Assembly (NCBI GenBank): GCA_964057225.1
Contig: OZ059895.1
Location: 18,538,001 to 18,602,000, forward strand
Length of the DNA stretch: 64,000 bases
Reading direction: 5' to 3'
Source: Auanema rhodensis
Taxonomy: Eukaryota; Animalia; Nematoda
In this document: positions 43,301 to 57,755 of the stretch, piece after piece
How the letters are laid out: every line of letters begins with the position of its first letter
How positions within the stretch are numbered: the stretch's first letter is position 1
The notes under the pieces: generated by a model
Seen by the model: only the letters and a program-made list of their open reading frames with translations
The model's database searches: none
Told to the model about the DNA's origin: nothing
Made by a program: the position numbers and the translations under genes

Positions 43301-44770
43301 AGATATATTATACAGTTCTAATACTTACGAGATTAAGTAAAGAATAACGATCAACATATGAGTAATATGAGAAGTAATGATTCTAAAGCAAACAGGAAAA
43401 CGATCAAAACTATAGAACACTATCGAAATGAACTCATGTTTAATGTTTGAAAATCATGACTGGTGGCAAATGATTCAAGCTGCTATGCCAAAACTTAGCC
43501 ATTAGCTACTATTTGTGCATTGGCATTTTTAATAACTTTTGCATGCTCTCATAAAACACCAGGATATCGAAAAAGTGTAGCAAACACAAAAGATATAAAG
43601 AGTGACACGGAATGGAGGTTGCAGGATATTGATTTGAAGTAAGAAAAGAAAAAAATTGATGCTGGAGAGACTGCTTGTCTTGTTGTTGTTTTCCAAGGGG
43701 CAGACGGAGTCTTATTTGGATATTGGATATAGAAATTCTACTTGTAAAACAAGCGCCTGGTTTGAAAAAATGAGGAACAATGAACTTAAAAACTGAAAAA
43801 CCACTTGGATCTGCAATACGAGAAAACAGAACTAACTGAATGTTAATAAATATCAAATCCATTAATCTCATTCATATAGATATCTGATGTAATGTTATTG
43901 CATTAGAGAAGGCGTTTATGTGAAACTTAGTTATGAAACCTTAATATGATCTGCTACCACTTCGCATTTTCCATGTTCTTCATTATCATATGAAAATTTT
44001 GAATTTTATTGTTAACATTTTTCAGAAAGAATATAAATGACAAAATGATATTCTCAAAAAACTGGCATAGCAGCATAAGGCATATCGAATGGGCCGCTGA
44101 CGGACGCTCCAAGGAATGTTTGTTCTCAACAACTCGCTCGATACTAGGCAGTGCAAGATGAATTTGCCTCTTCCCTTCCTACCACAAGCAGGCTAAGAGA
44201 GTCACCTTGTGTAAATGTGTTGAGTTACTTAAGGAGAAGACGGGGACCAAATGGTAAGCAATCCTTCTTCTAGCTAGCAAAACTCATTAAACAAAACTTT
44301 TGATGAAGATTTTTATTTCTCTCGTTAGCAAATGCGCAACTTTCTAAAACTGTTGTAAATTAACACAAAAATAAAAAATAATAGGAAATAAACTTTTTAA
44401 TTTCAGAAAGCATATATTGAGATAAAATTTTAAAATTTGAATTATATAAAACAGCCACGTTTTTTTTGTCATTGAAAAAAAAATTGAGCAATGTCACAAC
44501 CTCGTAATACTTGTCTCCTCATTGTTAACATTTCAAATGGCAGCTTGAAATAATTCAAAATGGTCTTGCAACGAAACTAAGTAATTTATTTAGATAGAGC
44601 GCATTTAGTTTTGCTCAAGGTTAAAACTTAAGTTTTAATGTATAAACTTTTTGCATTTAATATTTGTTTTCATGAATAGTTCAAATTTTTATGTTTATTG
44701 CCTGTTTTGTATAAATCTTGCTCATTAACTAAATTGTTTTTGCTCATTTTTGTTTTATTATTCAGACAAT

Positions 44771-45549
44771 ATGTCCGGAAAAAAATTAACGTATAAGCAA
44801 AAAGCAGGAATATCTTTTATTGAACAAGATGATCCACCTTTCATAAAGCAAATGAAGATGAAACTAGGCTACAAGGAAGGTCCTAAGTTGGAAGATAAAG
44901 TAAGTATTTGTTTCTTATTCTTTATATAGTGATTTTTTTGCTTTTTTCTTATTTTTAATAGTTTTATTTATTAGCATATCTTTAAAATATATTCAGTTTG
45001 TTTCGTAATTGAACACTGTTCTCTGTTTTTTTTAACTTACCTATAATGCGTTTCAGTTTGCTGATGAAGATGCTGTCGTTGACGGTGACGATGATACGCC
45101 TGAAGGAGAATTTTTACGTATGAAAGAAGAAGAAAGACCACAGGTTGAAAGTTAAATCTTTATTTCATTATAAGTTTTATTCAAGGTTGTCGTTTTAAAT
45201 CCTGAAACTGACTTGAATCCCGAAGATTTGAACGAAGTATTAGATGCTAAGAAAAAGGAAATTGATGGTAAGATTTAAACGCTGCAGTTTTTCTAGCTTT
45301 CGGTTTTCATTTTTTTGTTTTCAGAAAAGATGATAGCTGAAGGTAAAATAACTTTTAAGAAACCTGTTAAACGAAATGCTGAAGCAAATGAAGAAGGAAA
45401 AGAGGAAGTAATAATCTATATTTCCGATCTAATATATAATACTTTTCTTAATTAAGGTATCGAAAAAAAAAGGTTATACCGAAAAAAAAGAAATCAAGCA
45501 ACCAGAAAGTCGGTTACTGTCATTTGGCGATGATGAAGAAGATGATTGA
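44771..45549 (+). CDS. KIAA1143: KIAA1143/DUF4604 family protein, 5 exons
   Basis: PPFIKQMKMKLGYKEGP, EEERPQ|VVVL, GKITFKKPVKR, C-terminal LLSFGDDEEDD*. Confidence 0.88.
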
Positions 45550-48097
45550 AGATTGTTGAATATGATAATCTTTTCATTTGTATATAAATTTTAATTATTA
45601 TTTTCAAATATTACGGGTACAATGCCTCCCAAATTGAAATTGCTTAAAAATAAAAGTTCTTTTCAGTTTGGTTAAAAAACTTCATGATATATGATTTATT
45701 TCTGTTTTCCCTTTTTTTAAATCGTTTAGCAAAAAAAAGGATATTATAGCTTTCTAAATTTTCCCAGATCAATTGTCCTCAAGCCAGATTACTCATAGAT
45801 AACCATGCTTTGTCTCCGGCGTCATTGCGCAGCTTTTCTCTTTTCGATAAAATTAGACTTAGCGACCTTGGTAGGACGAGGGTGAAACCAGATGTAGCAC
45901 ATAAGCAATTTCTTTCAAGATTTCGCCTAGTGATAAAAGAGAAACTGATTTTAGAGGTGGGCATACCGGCTTACGATCTGGCTGTTGTGCAATTTCTGGC
46001 ACGAGGACGGAAAACGTATGAGGTGGTTTGGACTAAGTGTCTCGATGAACTTTATAATATTGTGTTATTTCAGCGAAAGCGGATTTATTTAGCTTAATTG
46101 TTGAACAAGCAAGTTATTCTAAATAGTCGTCATGTACACTATTATTATTATAGAAAGTTTCTTACAGCCAGATGAGTGGCCTAGAGATGTTTGAATCATA
46201 TGTTTCTTTGAATTTCCCTCAATCGACGTCCAACGCTACTGCCTCTTTCAACAGAACATTTTTTCGGGCAGTTCTAAGATATGACACTTCGAACAATAGA
46301 AAGGCTAAATGTCTTTCAAAGATGTTGTTAATCCTTTAGCGAAATTTACGAATGAGCTGTGAAATGAGCCGAATAAGCATAACAAACCGGTTTTTTACTA
46401 AGGATAACCGTATGTACCAGCTATCCAAAAGCAGGTATTTAGCCTAACAAATTATGATCGAAGAAATCAAGTGTTAAATAAAAAATGACACGGCAGCCAG
46501 CATTTAATTTTAATCACACGAGATTGACAAGCTTAATGGAATATGTAACTTTAAATGGAATTTGGTCAACTTTTTTCTGACTCATCATAAGGAAAAAAAT
46601 GGCAATGACATGATGAATAGATTTGAATTTGAAGATTAGCTTGCTTTCAAGGATTTCAAAATTTTTGGGAACATTATTCAACCGTTTATCTGTACTCTTA
46701 GCAGGTATTCAGTCCAGAATGGAATTCAAACGGAATGATTGTTAGAGAAAGACATAGATTACGAAGCTATAGGGAGAACCAGGCAAATGCTTATCAATTA
46801 CAAACGAGATCTTGTTCTTTACATATTGGGAAAAAGGATAGCAGATAGAAAGAACATAGCCATGTCCTTCGCCTATCATCGGCAACGAAGCGAAAGAGAA
46901 AGGGGTAGAAAACAGGCTTTTCGTAAGCATTGTACTAAGCAATATGCTAATGATTGAACAAACTAAGTGCTAAAAGCAAAATCAGGCTAAACCCATCGTC
47001 TTAGTCAGCGACATCGTCATCATCATCACTTTCGTCCCCATCATAACTGTCAGGATTCGCAGATATAATAAGAGAATGAGATTTTTTTTAGAAATAGCTA
47101 GCAGTCAATTTCAATCAGAAGCCAACGATTTTAGTAGTCTCAAACGGTACAACAGTTCCTAGATCAACTTGATGTCATATACATGCATGCATATACGATT
47201 TTACGGTTCAGATACATACATAAACTGAAGTTTCGCTTTCGAATATTATTATCTTAAACTGTCCTGCCACAGGATGCTGAAATCGAATTGAAATCCAGCG
47301 ATCTAAGCAGTTTTTAAGCAATTCAGTCGACTGCAGAAAGGTCAACACTCGAAAAATTCAATGAACATGATAGCAGCATGTACATGATAAGTTTATGCAA
47401 TGTCGTGTCATGATTAAGCAACAATCTAATGTCAGTTTTTATCCATAAAGAGAATTATGGGATAACGCGTATTATTCCATTTAGCAATGCAACATACATC
47501 ATCATACCTGATATATAATATAATATATTATGTAAAAATTACGTTTACGTGAACATATCACGTCAAATTAACATATTTGTAATTGAGACTAATTTGAGAA
47601 TGTAGCAGACTGACAAACGGTTGTATTCAGAATTTCATTATCTAATTATTTCTTTAAACTGAATGTAAAATCATTGAATCAACTAGCTTACCAGATGTAC
47701 TTCACTTTTCCAGGTATTTTTGCCTGGAAATTAGAATGATAGTAAGGTTAATGGTTTCATGATACTAACTATTGATTCATAGCAAAAAGGGTTCCTGGAT
47801 TGGAGTTTATACAGTTTTGCATTTTTTGTTCAGAAAAAACAATTACTTCCTTGCTACTGGTGTAACGATCACATTCTTAGCAATCAACTTCTTTTTTTCC
47901 CAAAGGTTACGTTCTCTATTTCATTATATGCAATGAAAGCCTGCGATCGAAAAAGGGATATGATTTCAAAGAACATTGAACATGCCAGAAAAGCACAGGT
48001 TGCTGCTGCATCAGCATCTTGGCTAGGGGTGGGGTTGACAGGATGAAGATTCCAGATAGCCTCCTCCCACCCACCTGTGGGGTGGGACATTTCGCAC

Positions 48098-48104
48098 TAT
48101 AAAA
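48098..48104 (+). promoter_or_regulatory. TATA box (TATAAAA) of the Ala/Pro-rich gene
   Basis: TATAAAAG 64 bp before the ATG; TCAGTT initiator-like sequence about 30 bp downstream. Confidence 0.6.
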
Positions 48105-48161
48105 GAGGTAACATCGTGATATCTTCTGTCAGTTGACTATTCAACAATCCTTCCTCTAGAC

Positions 48162-49214
48162 ATGGTAAGTTCTCTTATTCCTAGTTTTCCAATTCTTGAA
48201 TTCTGAAGTCAAAAAATGCTTCTTTCTCTTTCAAGTAGTGAAAAGAGTTTCTTTTCCTTTTGCAAAGTACAAAAATGTTTATTTTTGTTTACAGTTTTCA
48301 CTCTTATTTACTATTTTCTCTTTAGCTTCGCACTGCTCTTCTTGTTGCTCTTTCTGCCTCTCCTTTGATGGCTTGCCTCGGAGGTTCCGGTGGAGGATGC
48401 TGCGCTCCATCCAACCCAGGATGCGGATCCGGAGTTCCACCATGCTCTAGCTCAACGTAAACTTATTCCTCTTCATTTCCTGTATTCATCTATTTCTTAT
48501 TTCAGCTATGCTTCCGCACCATCCGGAGGATACGCTACCGCCCCAGCTGCCGCTCCATCTTACGCTGCCCCAGCTCCATCCTATGCCGCCCCAGCTCCAT
48601 CCTACGCCGCTCCAGCTCCAGTCTACAGCGCTCCAGCCCAATCTTACGCCGCTCCAGCTCCAGTCTACAACGCCCCAGTTGCTGACGCTGGATACGCCGC
48701 TCCAGTTGCTGCTGCCCCAGTTGAGACCGGATACGCTGCTTCCGCTCCAGTCATCAATGCCCCATCTCAAGGATACGCTGCTCCAGTAGCCATTGCACCA
48801 AGCCAAGGATACGCCGCTCCAGTTGCTGCTGCCCCAAGCCAAGGATACGCCGCTCCAGTTGCTGCTGCTCCAGTAGAGGCCTCTTACCAAGCTCCAGTTG
48901 AGGCTTCATACGCTTCCCAAGCCCCAGTTGCTGATGCCCCACTTTCCCAAGCTCCAGTTCAAGCTACCTACCAACAAGCTGCTGAGCAAGTTTCCGTTGC
49001 TGCTGCCCCACAAGAAGTTGCCCCAACCTACCAAGAGCAAGCTGCCCCAGTTCAAGCTCCAGTCGCTGAGGTAAAAACCATACAAACAGTTCTATAATAA
49101 CAATTCATATTTAAGCCAACCTACCAACCACAAGCTGTTGCCCAAGATGTCGCTCAACAGATCGTTGACACTACCTACCAGGGATCAGCCCCACAAGCCT
49201 ACCCAAGCCATTAG
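48162..49214 (+). CDS. Secreted Ala/Pro/Tyr-rich repetitive protein, probably cuticular/extracellular matrix; 4 exons, the first contributing only ATG
   Basis: M|LRTALLVALSASPLMACLGGSGGGCCAPSNPGC...; YAAPAPS and GYAAPVAAAP repeats; strongly biased codon use; ends QAYPSH*. Confidence 0.85.
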
Positions 49215-50990
49215 AAAGCTGATACAAGATCAGTTGATAGGCTTTTTCTAATGTTTCATTTCTAAGATATTTCTCAAGGAAGAGGCTGGTATATTACCTG
49301 CCCATCAAAATCTTCCATTATGACCTCATGTTGTTTGTATATATATGTTGCTGGTGTTCTTGTCAAGATATCACCAAGAGCGTGTCTTCTCAAGTAAATT
49401 AATACATTTATAAATTATTCGCCAGTTCAAATAATTGCTTTTCTTTATTCCGGAAGCAAATGGTACAAACAAAGAATATACACAGAAAATCTTCATATAA
49501 TGAAGAGACATGATGAAATGCTTGAAAAATAGAAGCACTGACAAGAGCAGAAATCATATAACCAAGAAGCATAGAGACAACAGGAGACTCCATATGAGGG
49601 AGTCTGATTTTAGAATTGCATACATGCATAATGTATTATTCAAACTAGAAAAATGATGAAAAACAAATTTATCTAGAATGATCCTCGTCGTGAGGAAATA
49701 GATGGTAGTTGCGAGGGTAAATAGCTACTTGTAGTTGACAACGATGTCTGTGGTGATGCAACAGGATGAGATGCATTCATATCAATCTAATAGCAGTAAT
49801 AGAAGAAAACGACTCATGTAGAAACTACCTTATAGGATGGCATTTTTGACATAATGTACACAAATTCTTTAGCTTTAGTAGCAGAAGGAGGCGTGGGTAG
49901 AGGATTAGAGAATATTCTGAATATAAATAAGAATTGAACATAGCGATAACTAGATGTAACTAGATGTGTTAAAACAACTTATGACTGTAAGACACAAGAA
50001 CCGCATAAAGTTAATAACCTACCTGCTTACCGGAGTCTTCTCAGCAACACTTTTGGATGGTTCAGCATGGATTGTGCCAGCTTTTCGAACTACACGAATC
50101 GTTCGTCGTCTGGAAGATTTCGTTAAATTATAATAGCATAATAGAGAGAGTAACATACTGGATAGATTTTTCAATAATTTCTTTTTTTTTACAGCATAGA
50201 CACAACTTACGAACTGATTTCGCATTCTCAAATTAGCCAAAATTGTAAATAAGATTTAGTAAAAGGATGCAAAACCTTAATTAGTAATATAAGTCCACCT
50301 AATATACCTACTAAAAGTACGCCTAAAACGACGATGACATCAATTAAATCGTCCATACTTCTAAAAATAAGATTTTAGTAAAAAATCACTGAGTAAAACT
50401 AGGAATGTGCCTCAAAATCCAAAGGTAAAAATATAATACCAAAGGTAATCGCAATGATTAAGCGGCAACTCGTGAATGAACAGGACACATGAAAGACGGA
50501 TTAACGCATAAAATGAAATCAAACAGCAAAACTGTGAATATTCAAGTTTTAAAGGAAAATCAAATGCTAAACCGCATAGTAATGAGGGTTAGGAATTCAC
50601 TGACCAATGATAAATGTCAATTATGAGACCGCCGGATTATGATATCAATATATCGAAAACAATATTCTCAAAAACTAAAACCATTTATTTTATAATAAAT
50701 AAAGAGAAAAGATGATAAAATATCACTGTAGCATCGATCTATACAGATAATTCAGATCTATCACAAAGAAAAAGATGAAGCAAAAGAAGTTAGTGAAATA
50801 AGAAAATAATTTTACAGGAGAATAGTTATGTTAGAAGTTTTACCCTATGTAAAAATAACAAAATACACATCACATTTTCACAAAACGGAAAACTGTACAC
50901 CAAAATTACAATAGCCAATACTCCTCGAAAAATGAGAAGTTTGTACATTTGGAATTTTAAAAAAAAGCTCAATGATAAGTAGTTAAATTC

Positions 50991-52002
50991 TTAGCGAGCG
51001 AGATAGATCGTAAGACCAATTATGAATATGAGAAGAGCCAAAAAGACAGCTATGAGCAACTTCTTCTGTCTGGCTTTGTGATTATAATAAACAGCTTGTT
51101 GAACATTGGCGGCACCCTGTAAGAGAATTATAATCCCATGGTATAGAAATTGATACAAACCTGCTCGACGCGAATCTGAGCATGCTCGACATTGGCTTCT
51201 ATACTGTCAACCATTTCACCTTGTTCGTGAACAATTCGGGCCAAATCAGCAAAAATCTGGTTGACATCTCCAATATCTTGCTCCAATTGTCGTAATGCCT
51301 AAGAATGTTTAAGATATTAGATCAACAAAAAAATCAAAACTAACTTGTTGGCGACCTTTCATTTCCTCTAAATTGATCTGCTGTTGCTTTTGAACTTGAG
51401 CTCTGTGTTGTTTATTCAAGTCATCAGATTCGATGTTCTTATACGCGGCTTCATCTTGAGCAACAGCATCACGAACCTAAAGTTTACGGCCTATGTGATA
51501 TATTTAAAACTTATTAGAAATTACCCGTTTCATACTGTTTTGTTCAATCTGGGCAGCTTTTCTTTGAGATGCTTGAAGACGATTAAGCACACTAATGTAT
51601 TCATTCTGCAGACGTTCACGATGAATACGTAGTGATCTCTTAAAAATATTATCAATTAAATTTTGAAACTATATGATGCTAACCTCATTGTTACTCATAT
51701 CAACGAGTTGGCGCATCAACCGATTGGTGGCCTTAGACAAATTTTGTGCTTCAAGAGCAACCTTAATTTAATAACTTTATCATTCATTCAAAAAAAGTTG
51801 CTACCTCATTGAATTGTTCGCGATTTCTTTCTCCACTTTCAGAACTATCCGTTAAACAAGTCAGCAGTGATTCCAAACGAAGAACTTTAAAAAAATCTTA
51901 AAATTTCGTTATTGGGTAATGTTTACCTTGCTGACTAAGTTCTTGAATGTTTCTTTGAATAGAAGAAATTATAGTATTACCACCATCTTTTTCAAAGTCC
52001 AT
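50991..52002 (-). CDS. syx-7: Endosomal Qa-SNARE, syntaxin-7/12 family, 7 exons
   Basis: ALRQLEQDIGDVNQIFADLARIVHEQGEMVDSIEANVE SNARE motif; C-terminal TM LLIAVFLALLIFIIGLTIYL. Confidence 0.9.
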
Positions 52003-52631
52003 TATGTTAAAAAATTAAGCACTATAATACTTATATTTATGACAAAAAGAAAGAAAAAAATATGTAAGAAAATCATGAAATAACATGTAAAAACAATATA
52101 TGAGGGAGCGGATTATAGAGAAATCGTGAGCCCTAAAATATGTACGTAAAGCCTATCCTCGTGCTTAAGAAATATCACGTTTCCAAAAAGGAAAAGCTAG
52201 TATTTTCGTTCAATCTTTGATAGGCTTTTTTATAAATTTTTTTTTTTTTAATTTTTTTAGCCACCGAATGAGAAAAATTTTATTCATACTAGAATACAAA
52301 TTTTTCAACAATTTCAAGCGGATTTTTTTATTAAAAAATACTATTAAACTTTGGCTATTTCAAGCTATCAATACAAGTTGAACTTTTTTATTAAAACGTT
52401 TTTGAATTCTAGTACTATTGTAGATACTTTAAAAAATTGTAATACAACTAAATAAAATGAAAAAGAATAAAATTGTCCATCAGTATGATTGTGACGTTTA
52501 AATGCCTAACTGATTTATAAACTAAAGTATAGCATTTCATATACAGGTTTCGTTAATGATACAATTTGTCTTATTAATTTTGTTATAAATTATAATTGTC
52601 ATCTAGGTAAGCAAGAGCCTGTTTAGTTACT

Positions 52632-53120
52632 ATGGGTATTCTCTGGAAGCTTGGAAAGTATGTTTTGCTGAAGAGCTTTAAGGTATTTTATACAAATTTG
52701 CAGAGTTGGAGTAAGAGTAGGTCTGGTTGTCGGTGCTGTGAAGCTTTCATATGATCATGACATTTGGTCACTCAACACCGTGAAGGTATTTTCACTAATT
52801 TAAATAATGAATTCAAGTTGAGTTATAGGGGTCCGATCTTTATAATCAGATCAAAAAGTACATTGTTCCAGGAACAATTGTCTATGTTGATCAGGTATAT
52901 TTGTGTTTAGAATTGATTAATCTCAAGTTCAACTGTTTCAGTTACCATCCGTAGAGGAAGTACAGGTTAAAGTAGGAACTTCTTGGAACAACGGCGTTAC
53001 TAAGGTTTTTAACTATTTATTTTTCTCCGTTACATTTAAAAGTTTCAGGTTTTCGACTCAATTGAAACAGCCCCATCTAGCCTTAACACTGTTGCGAACA
53101 AATTAATTAACAATAAGTAA
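52632..53120 (+). CDS. MIC13: MICOS subunit MIC13/QIL1-like, 5 exons, about 102 aa
   Basis: MGILWKLGK|VGVRVGLVVGAVKLSYDHDIWS...SWNNGVTK|VFDSIETAP; N-terminal GxxxG TM segment and WNxGV motif. Confidence 0.78.
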
Positions 53121-54464
53121 AGCCTATAGTTGTAATTCTGTAGCTCTAGGTTATAGTGCATTTACGTACTATGGGAGAAATAAAGTGTATTATAAAAGAA
53201 ATTTCTGGTTCCTAATTTCTTCTGAGCCTGTCTAAATGAAATGAATGTGTGATGTTAATACCTTATTTAGGCACATTTTCAATACGGATATATAAACATA
53301 AACTACAAGAATAGTACAATTATTTACCTTTTTCTTCATTCTGATGCCAGATGTCTGAGGTGTGCTCGGTAGTTTATGAAAACGAGATGGAACCCTATGC
53401 ATTGTTTGTAAACCTATAACAACCTAAGACTATGCCATTGACAACAAGGAGAATAGACTAGTGACCGTTACCTATTGTAGTTGTATGTAAGTACACAAAT
53501 AAAGATATGTATGTATAATAGGCTAAGTGTATTCACTTTACAGCTATTCCTATAACCTTATGTTGTGCCCTCTGAAGGCTCATTGTGCCACCAGAACGGC
53601 TGGCAACACATTTAGTTAACCTAGTCGATCAACTGAAGATAAATCATAATTTTGTTTTTCCAATCTTCCAGTCTTTTCTTTATGTTAGTTCAAAGTGTGA
53701 GGTTGACCTATCAGCCATCTGTTCAAATATTTTATAACTGCTCAACTCAACTTCCTGACAAGAAGCAAGATCGCAGCTGGGTTTTGACTGATTCGGAGGT
53801 CAAGCTTAAACATTTCCATTTACAGCTTTTCTCTTAGTCCTCATCATTCCATCGGCTATCAGTAATGATTTTCCCAAATGCTAAATAGTATTGTACTTCA
53901 TAATATCTTTAATATTACAGTCATTTTGCTATTTTATGTAGCTGTCTTATATCTATTGTCATAGTTTCGAGTTTCTAAGAGCAAATCCATATGTTTCCGG
54001 TGTAGAAAACTGGCAGATACTGATTAGAAATAGTCTTTTTATGGTGCCGTATTTTACAGTAGAACAAGACCTAATGGTAGCTTAATATATAAAGTATCAG
54101 GTTTCTATGTTGTAATCAAAAGATGTCGCCAGCTTCTTTGAATTCTTGTGTGGGATATCGTCCGTGTCGTCCTCAATTGAGCTGTGACCACATGCACTAT
54201 TTTCCTATTTTGATTTGTGTTACATTACACACCCACACATATATATATATATAATTGTTGTTGCTTTGGTATTCTGAGTTATAGTAGGATCTAGTAATTT
54301 ACATAAGTTTGTATTAAGTTTTGAGTAGTTTTGACCTTACTATGATGATTCTATCATCATCAGTATCTCCACCCCTTTAGTATATTGTCAGTTTGGTAAT
54401 CTTTCTCACTTTACTTTATCTGTTGCAGCATTGAACCAAAAACATTTATTGTGAATCTGTAGCT

Positions 54465-57062
54465 ATGCTTCAGCTTGCACTGTATGTATCGGTAACTTTA
54501 TAATTAATTAGTTTTTTTTATTTTTGTGATGAATATTTAGATATTTACTACGGTTTCTGCAATATTAGGAGAAAATGCTATTATAGAAAAGCCAATTGTT
54601 GAATGTACTGAAGAAGCAATATCATTTACAATTAGAACAGCTTCTCCATTTAGGTTTGCTTCTCTTTCATTCTTTATAGCTTTCGCTCTCTTGATATCAT
54701 ATAATTATATTTTTCTTTACAGAGGTAGTATATACGTCCAAGATCAACATGATTTAGAATTATGTCGCCATATTTATCAAACAAATGAAGTTAACCATGC
54801 CACTTTTGCAGTACGAATTGGTGATTGTGGCATGAGGCGTACAAGACAAGTATGATGACATGACATTTCTATTGCAAAATACCCTTTTTTCCTTTTTAAG
54901 TTAAATCCATATGGTATGACATATTCGTTAATATTTGTTGCAACATTCCATCCACAATTCATGACTAAGCTTGACAGAGCTTTCAACGTCAAATGCTTCT
55001 ATGAGCACGCTGATAAAATGGTGAACGCTAATATGGATGTAAGGTATGATGATGATGATGATAAAACACTTTTAAAATGTGAAGAATGCTATAAAGAAAC
55101 TGAAAAAACACATGAGTCTCAGTTTCAAATAATAATAGGCTGAAAGTGATTTTTAAATTTAAATTTTTAGCGGACTGCCAACAGAACCTTTGGAACAATC
55201 TACAACCATCTTGCCGTCTTGCCATTATTCTATTAGGGAAGGTTCAGTAGATGGACAACGTGTTCGTGATGTACGAATCGGATCCACTCTTGTTCACCGT
55301 TGGGAATGCGATAATCGTTAGTACACAATTCAAAAATATACTCACTTCATTGAATTTTCTGTTTATTTAGCTCGATTTGGAATGCTTGTCAAAAATTGTT
55401 TTGTTACTGACGGAGGAGGAGTTTCCATTAAAGTTATTGATGATCGAGGGTAAGTGAATGAGCTTAGTGCTAAAAAAACGGTTTCAAAAACGTTTCATTC
55501 TGTTTCCAGATGTCCTATTCCGCTAAGTATAGCATCTAATCCACTTGTATACGATCAATCTCTCACCTTAGCCTATACAGTCATTGAAGCTTTCAATTTT
55601 CCTGATCGCAATAAAATTATCTTCCAATGTCAAATTTCAGTATGTGATAAAAAGGAAAATGATTGTATTGGAATAACGGTATTTACTTGTCATTGATTCA
55701 AGTTTTATGTATAATTTGATTGTTGTGCAGCCCCCAACGTGCCCACGTGTTACTCGAACTGAATATCGTCCAAATTCTATCATAGATACAGAAATAAATC
55801 CCACTCAGGTAATATATTCTGATAAATATGCTGAGCATTGAGGGACAACCTATATTTTACAGGTTGTTGCCACATTCAAGGGTGCTGTACGATCCAATAA
55901 CATTGGTCAAACACTAATTGATGGAACCTTAACTCCAACAACCATCAATGACAATCGATTACCAATTGGTATAGACAGCTTGAGCTTATAAACTTGTATG
56001 TGATGCTGTTAATTGACATAGTTACAGGTCGAATAGATGATCTCTACCCATGGCAACGTGAACAAAATAATATTGACTACGAAGAGACTAATGAAATTAA
56101 AGAATCAACGCCTATCTTCCTATCTCGTCAAAATCGAACAATGGTAAGTATGAGCATGCTACTAAAGTTCATTTTTCCAATGTTTTTGGCGCATAGTTTT
56201 AAGAAAAACTGAGTATCACACAATAGGACATACCTTCTCTTATTTTCTGCCAATTTGTATGCAACCGCTGCGTGAAAACAAATAGTGAAAAATGACATGA
56301 ACGTGTATTATCTCACCGCGTCATTTGCTTGCTTTATGCAAATTAGATTGATTCTATATCTCTAGTTATGTGAATCATATTCAGGTGACTCCTACTCAAA
56401 CAACAGAGACCATGGCAACTGTCATAATGAGCAATGATTCAACAGAACCTCCTCGACCATTAGAGATTTTTGTAAAAAGTAGCTCACCTTTGCCAAATGT
56501 GCAACCAGTAGAAAAACAGAGAGGTTTTCACAATAAAAAAACAAAGAAATGACAAAGAAATTTTAAGATTCTCGTCAGCGACGGTTAGCCGACCAAGTTA
56601 TGGATGTCGAATCAGATCCCATCTATATACGACCAGTCGAAGAGCCATTTATTAAGTCAGATGGTTCGTATCATCATTATATTTCTATAAAATGATTGCC
56701 GGAAAATATAATGATGGATTATACCGAATTTCAGCTATGGCAAGCAACAGCACTACGACATTAACATGCTTAAACCAGACTGCTTTGATCACAATGGCTT
56801 CAGCATTTGCTTTGACGACACTCCTATCATTAATATTCATCACTTATCTTTGGAGAGATCTATACAAGACGTAATAAAAAACAAGTATCATTGGAACTTG
56901 AAGCATTGTATGTACTTCAGGTGTGGTCGACAAGAGGAAGAAGAACGATGTGCCCGTTCCGTTAGCAGCGATGCAGCTGAGTCCGGAAACACCACAGCTC
57001 CCATCTATATTCGACGATTGGGAAATCCAAACTATGCTATGCCCTTCAGGCAATTAGAATAA
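54465..57062 (+). CDS. ZP-domain cuticlin-like (cutl) protein with C-terminal TM segment, about 14 exons
   Basis: PIVECTEE, GSIYV, DCGMRRTR, FHPQFMTKLDRAFNVKCFY, CHYSIR, HRWEC, MLVKNCFV, IDDRG|C, AFNFPDR, FQCQISVC, T|PPTC. Confidence 0.92.
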
Positions 57063-57755
57063 AAAAATAATTTCCACAAAAAATGTCTCGGTTATCATGT
57101 TGTTAATCTATAACTTTCCTTGTCAAAGAACAATCTTTCATTTTCTCGCCTTTTTACTGAAAGCGTAACCAAACCTGTTAGAATTCTCTAGTTTTTTCTT
57201 ATCTAAAAGTTTATAACCAACCTGAGCAAAAACTTTTAAAAACAAAATTGCATCCAAGAAACCATAATGCTCTTAATAATTCATTGAATTGAACATCCTA
57301 ATGTACATAAAACGCATAATAAATATTGTTATATTGATATTTTCATGAAGATAGTAGCTGTCTACTAGCTCTGGAACAAGTTTTATAGACCAAAAGTTAG
57401 AATAGTAGCTGATTGATATATGCTAGCTTCTGTTCTAGTATTAACACTCGTAACTGATTAATATTACTTGTCATAGATTATTCAGACATGCTCATTGATT
57501 TTTATCATTGATCATGATATTACATAATTCTTGCAATGAGTGATGACAACAACGTAACATAAGTGATACATAATAAAGATTAATTACTCATTAAATACTA
57601 TTTTCATGACAAATAACGCTTTGTGCAAATGAGTTAGAAGAAAGAAAGAGTACAATTTTGAAAAAAAAACCGTAAATCGTTGTCGTTTAAACTATGTACA
57701 GCATGAAAATCAAGTTTTTGCAGAAAGAATATAGATAGTTGAAGTACAGTCTTCT

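Noticed and set aside
45622-47100. Open frames after the KIAA1143 homolog (45810-46097, 46739-46957)
   Set aside because: Possibly a lineage-specific gene, but there is no homology and the splice phases did not close.
49672-50356. Putative small single-pass gene on the minus strand starting MDDLIDVIVVLGVLL
   Set aside because: Plausible start and acceptors, but the exon phases could not be reconciled.
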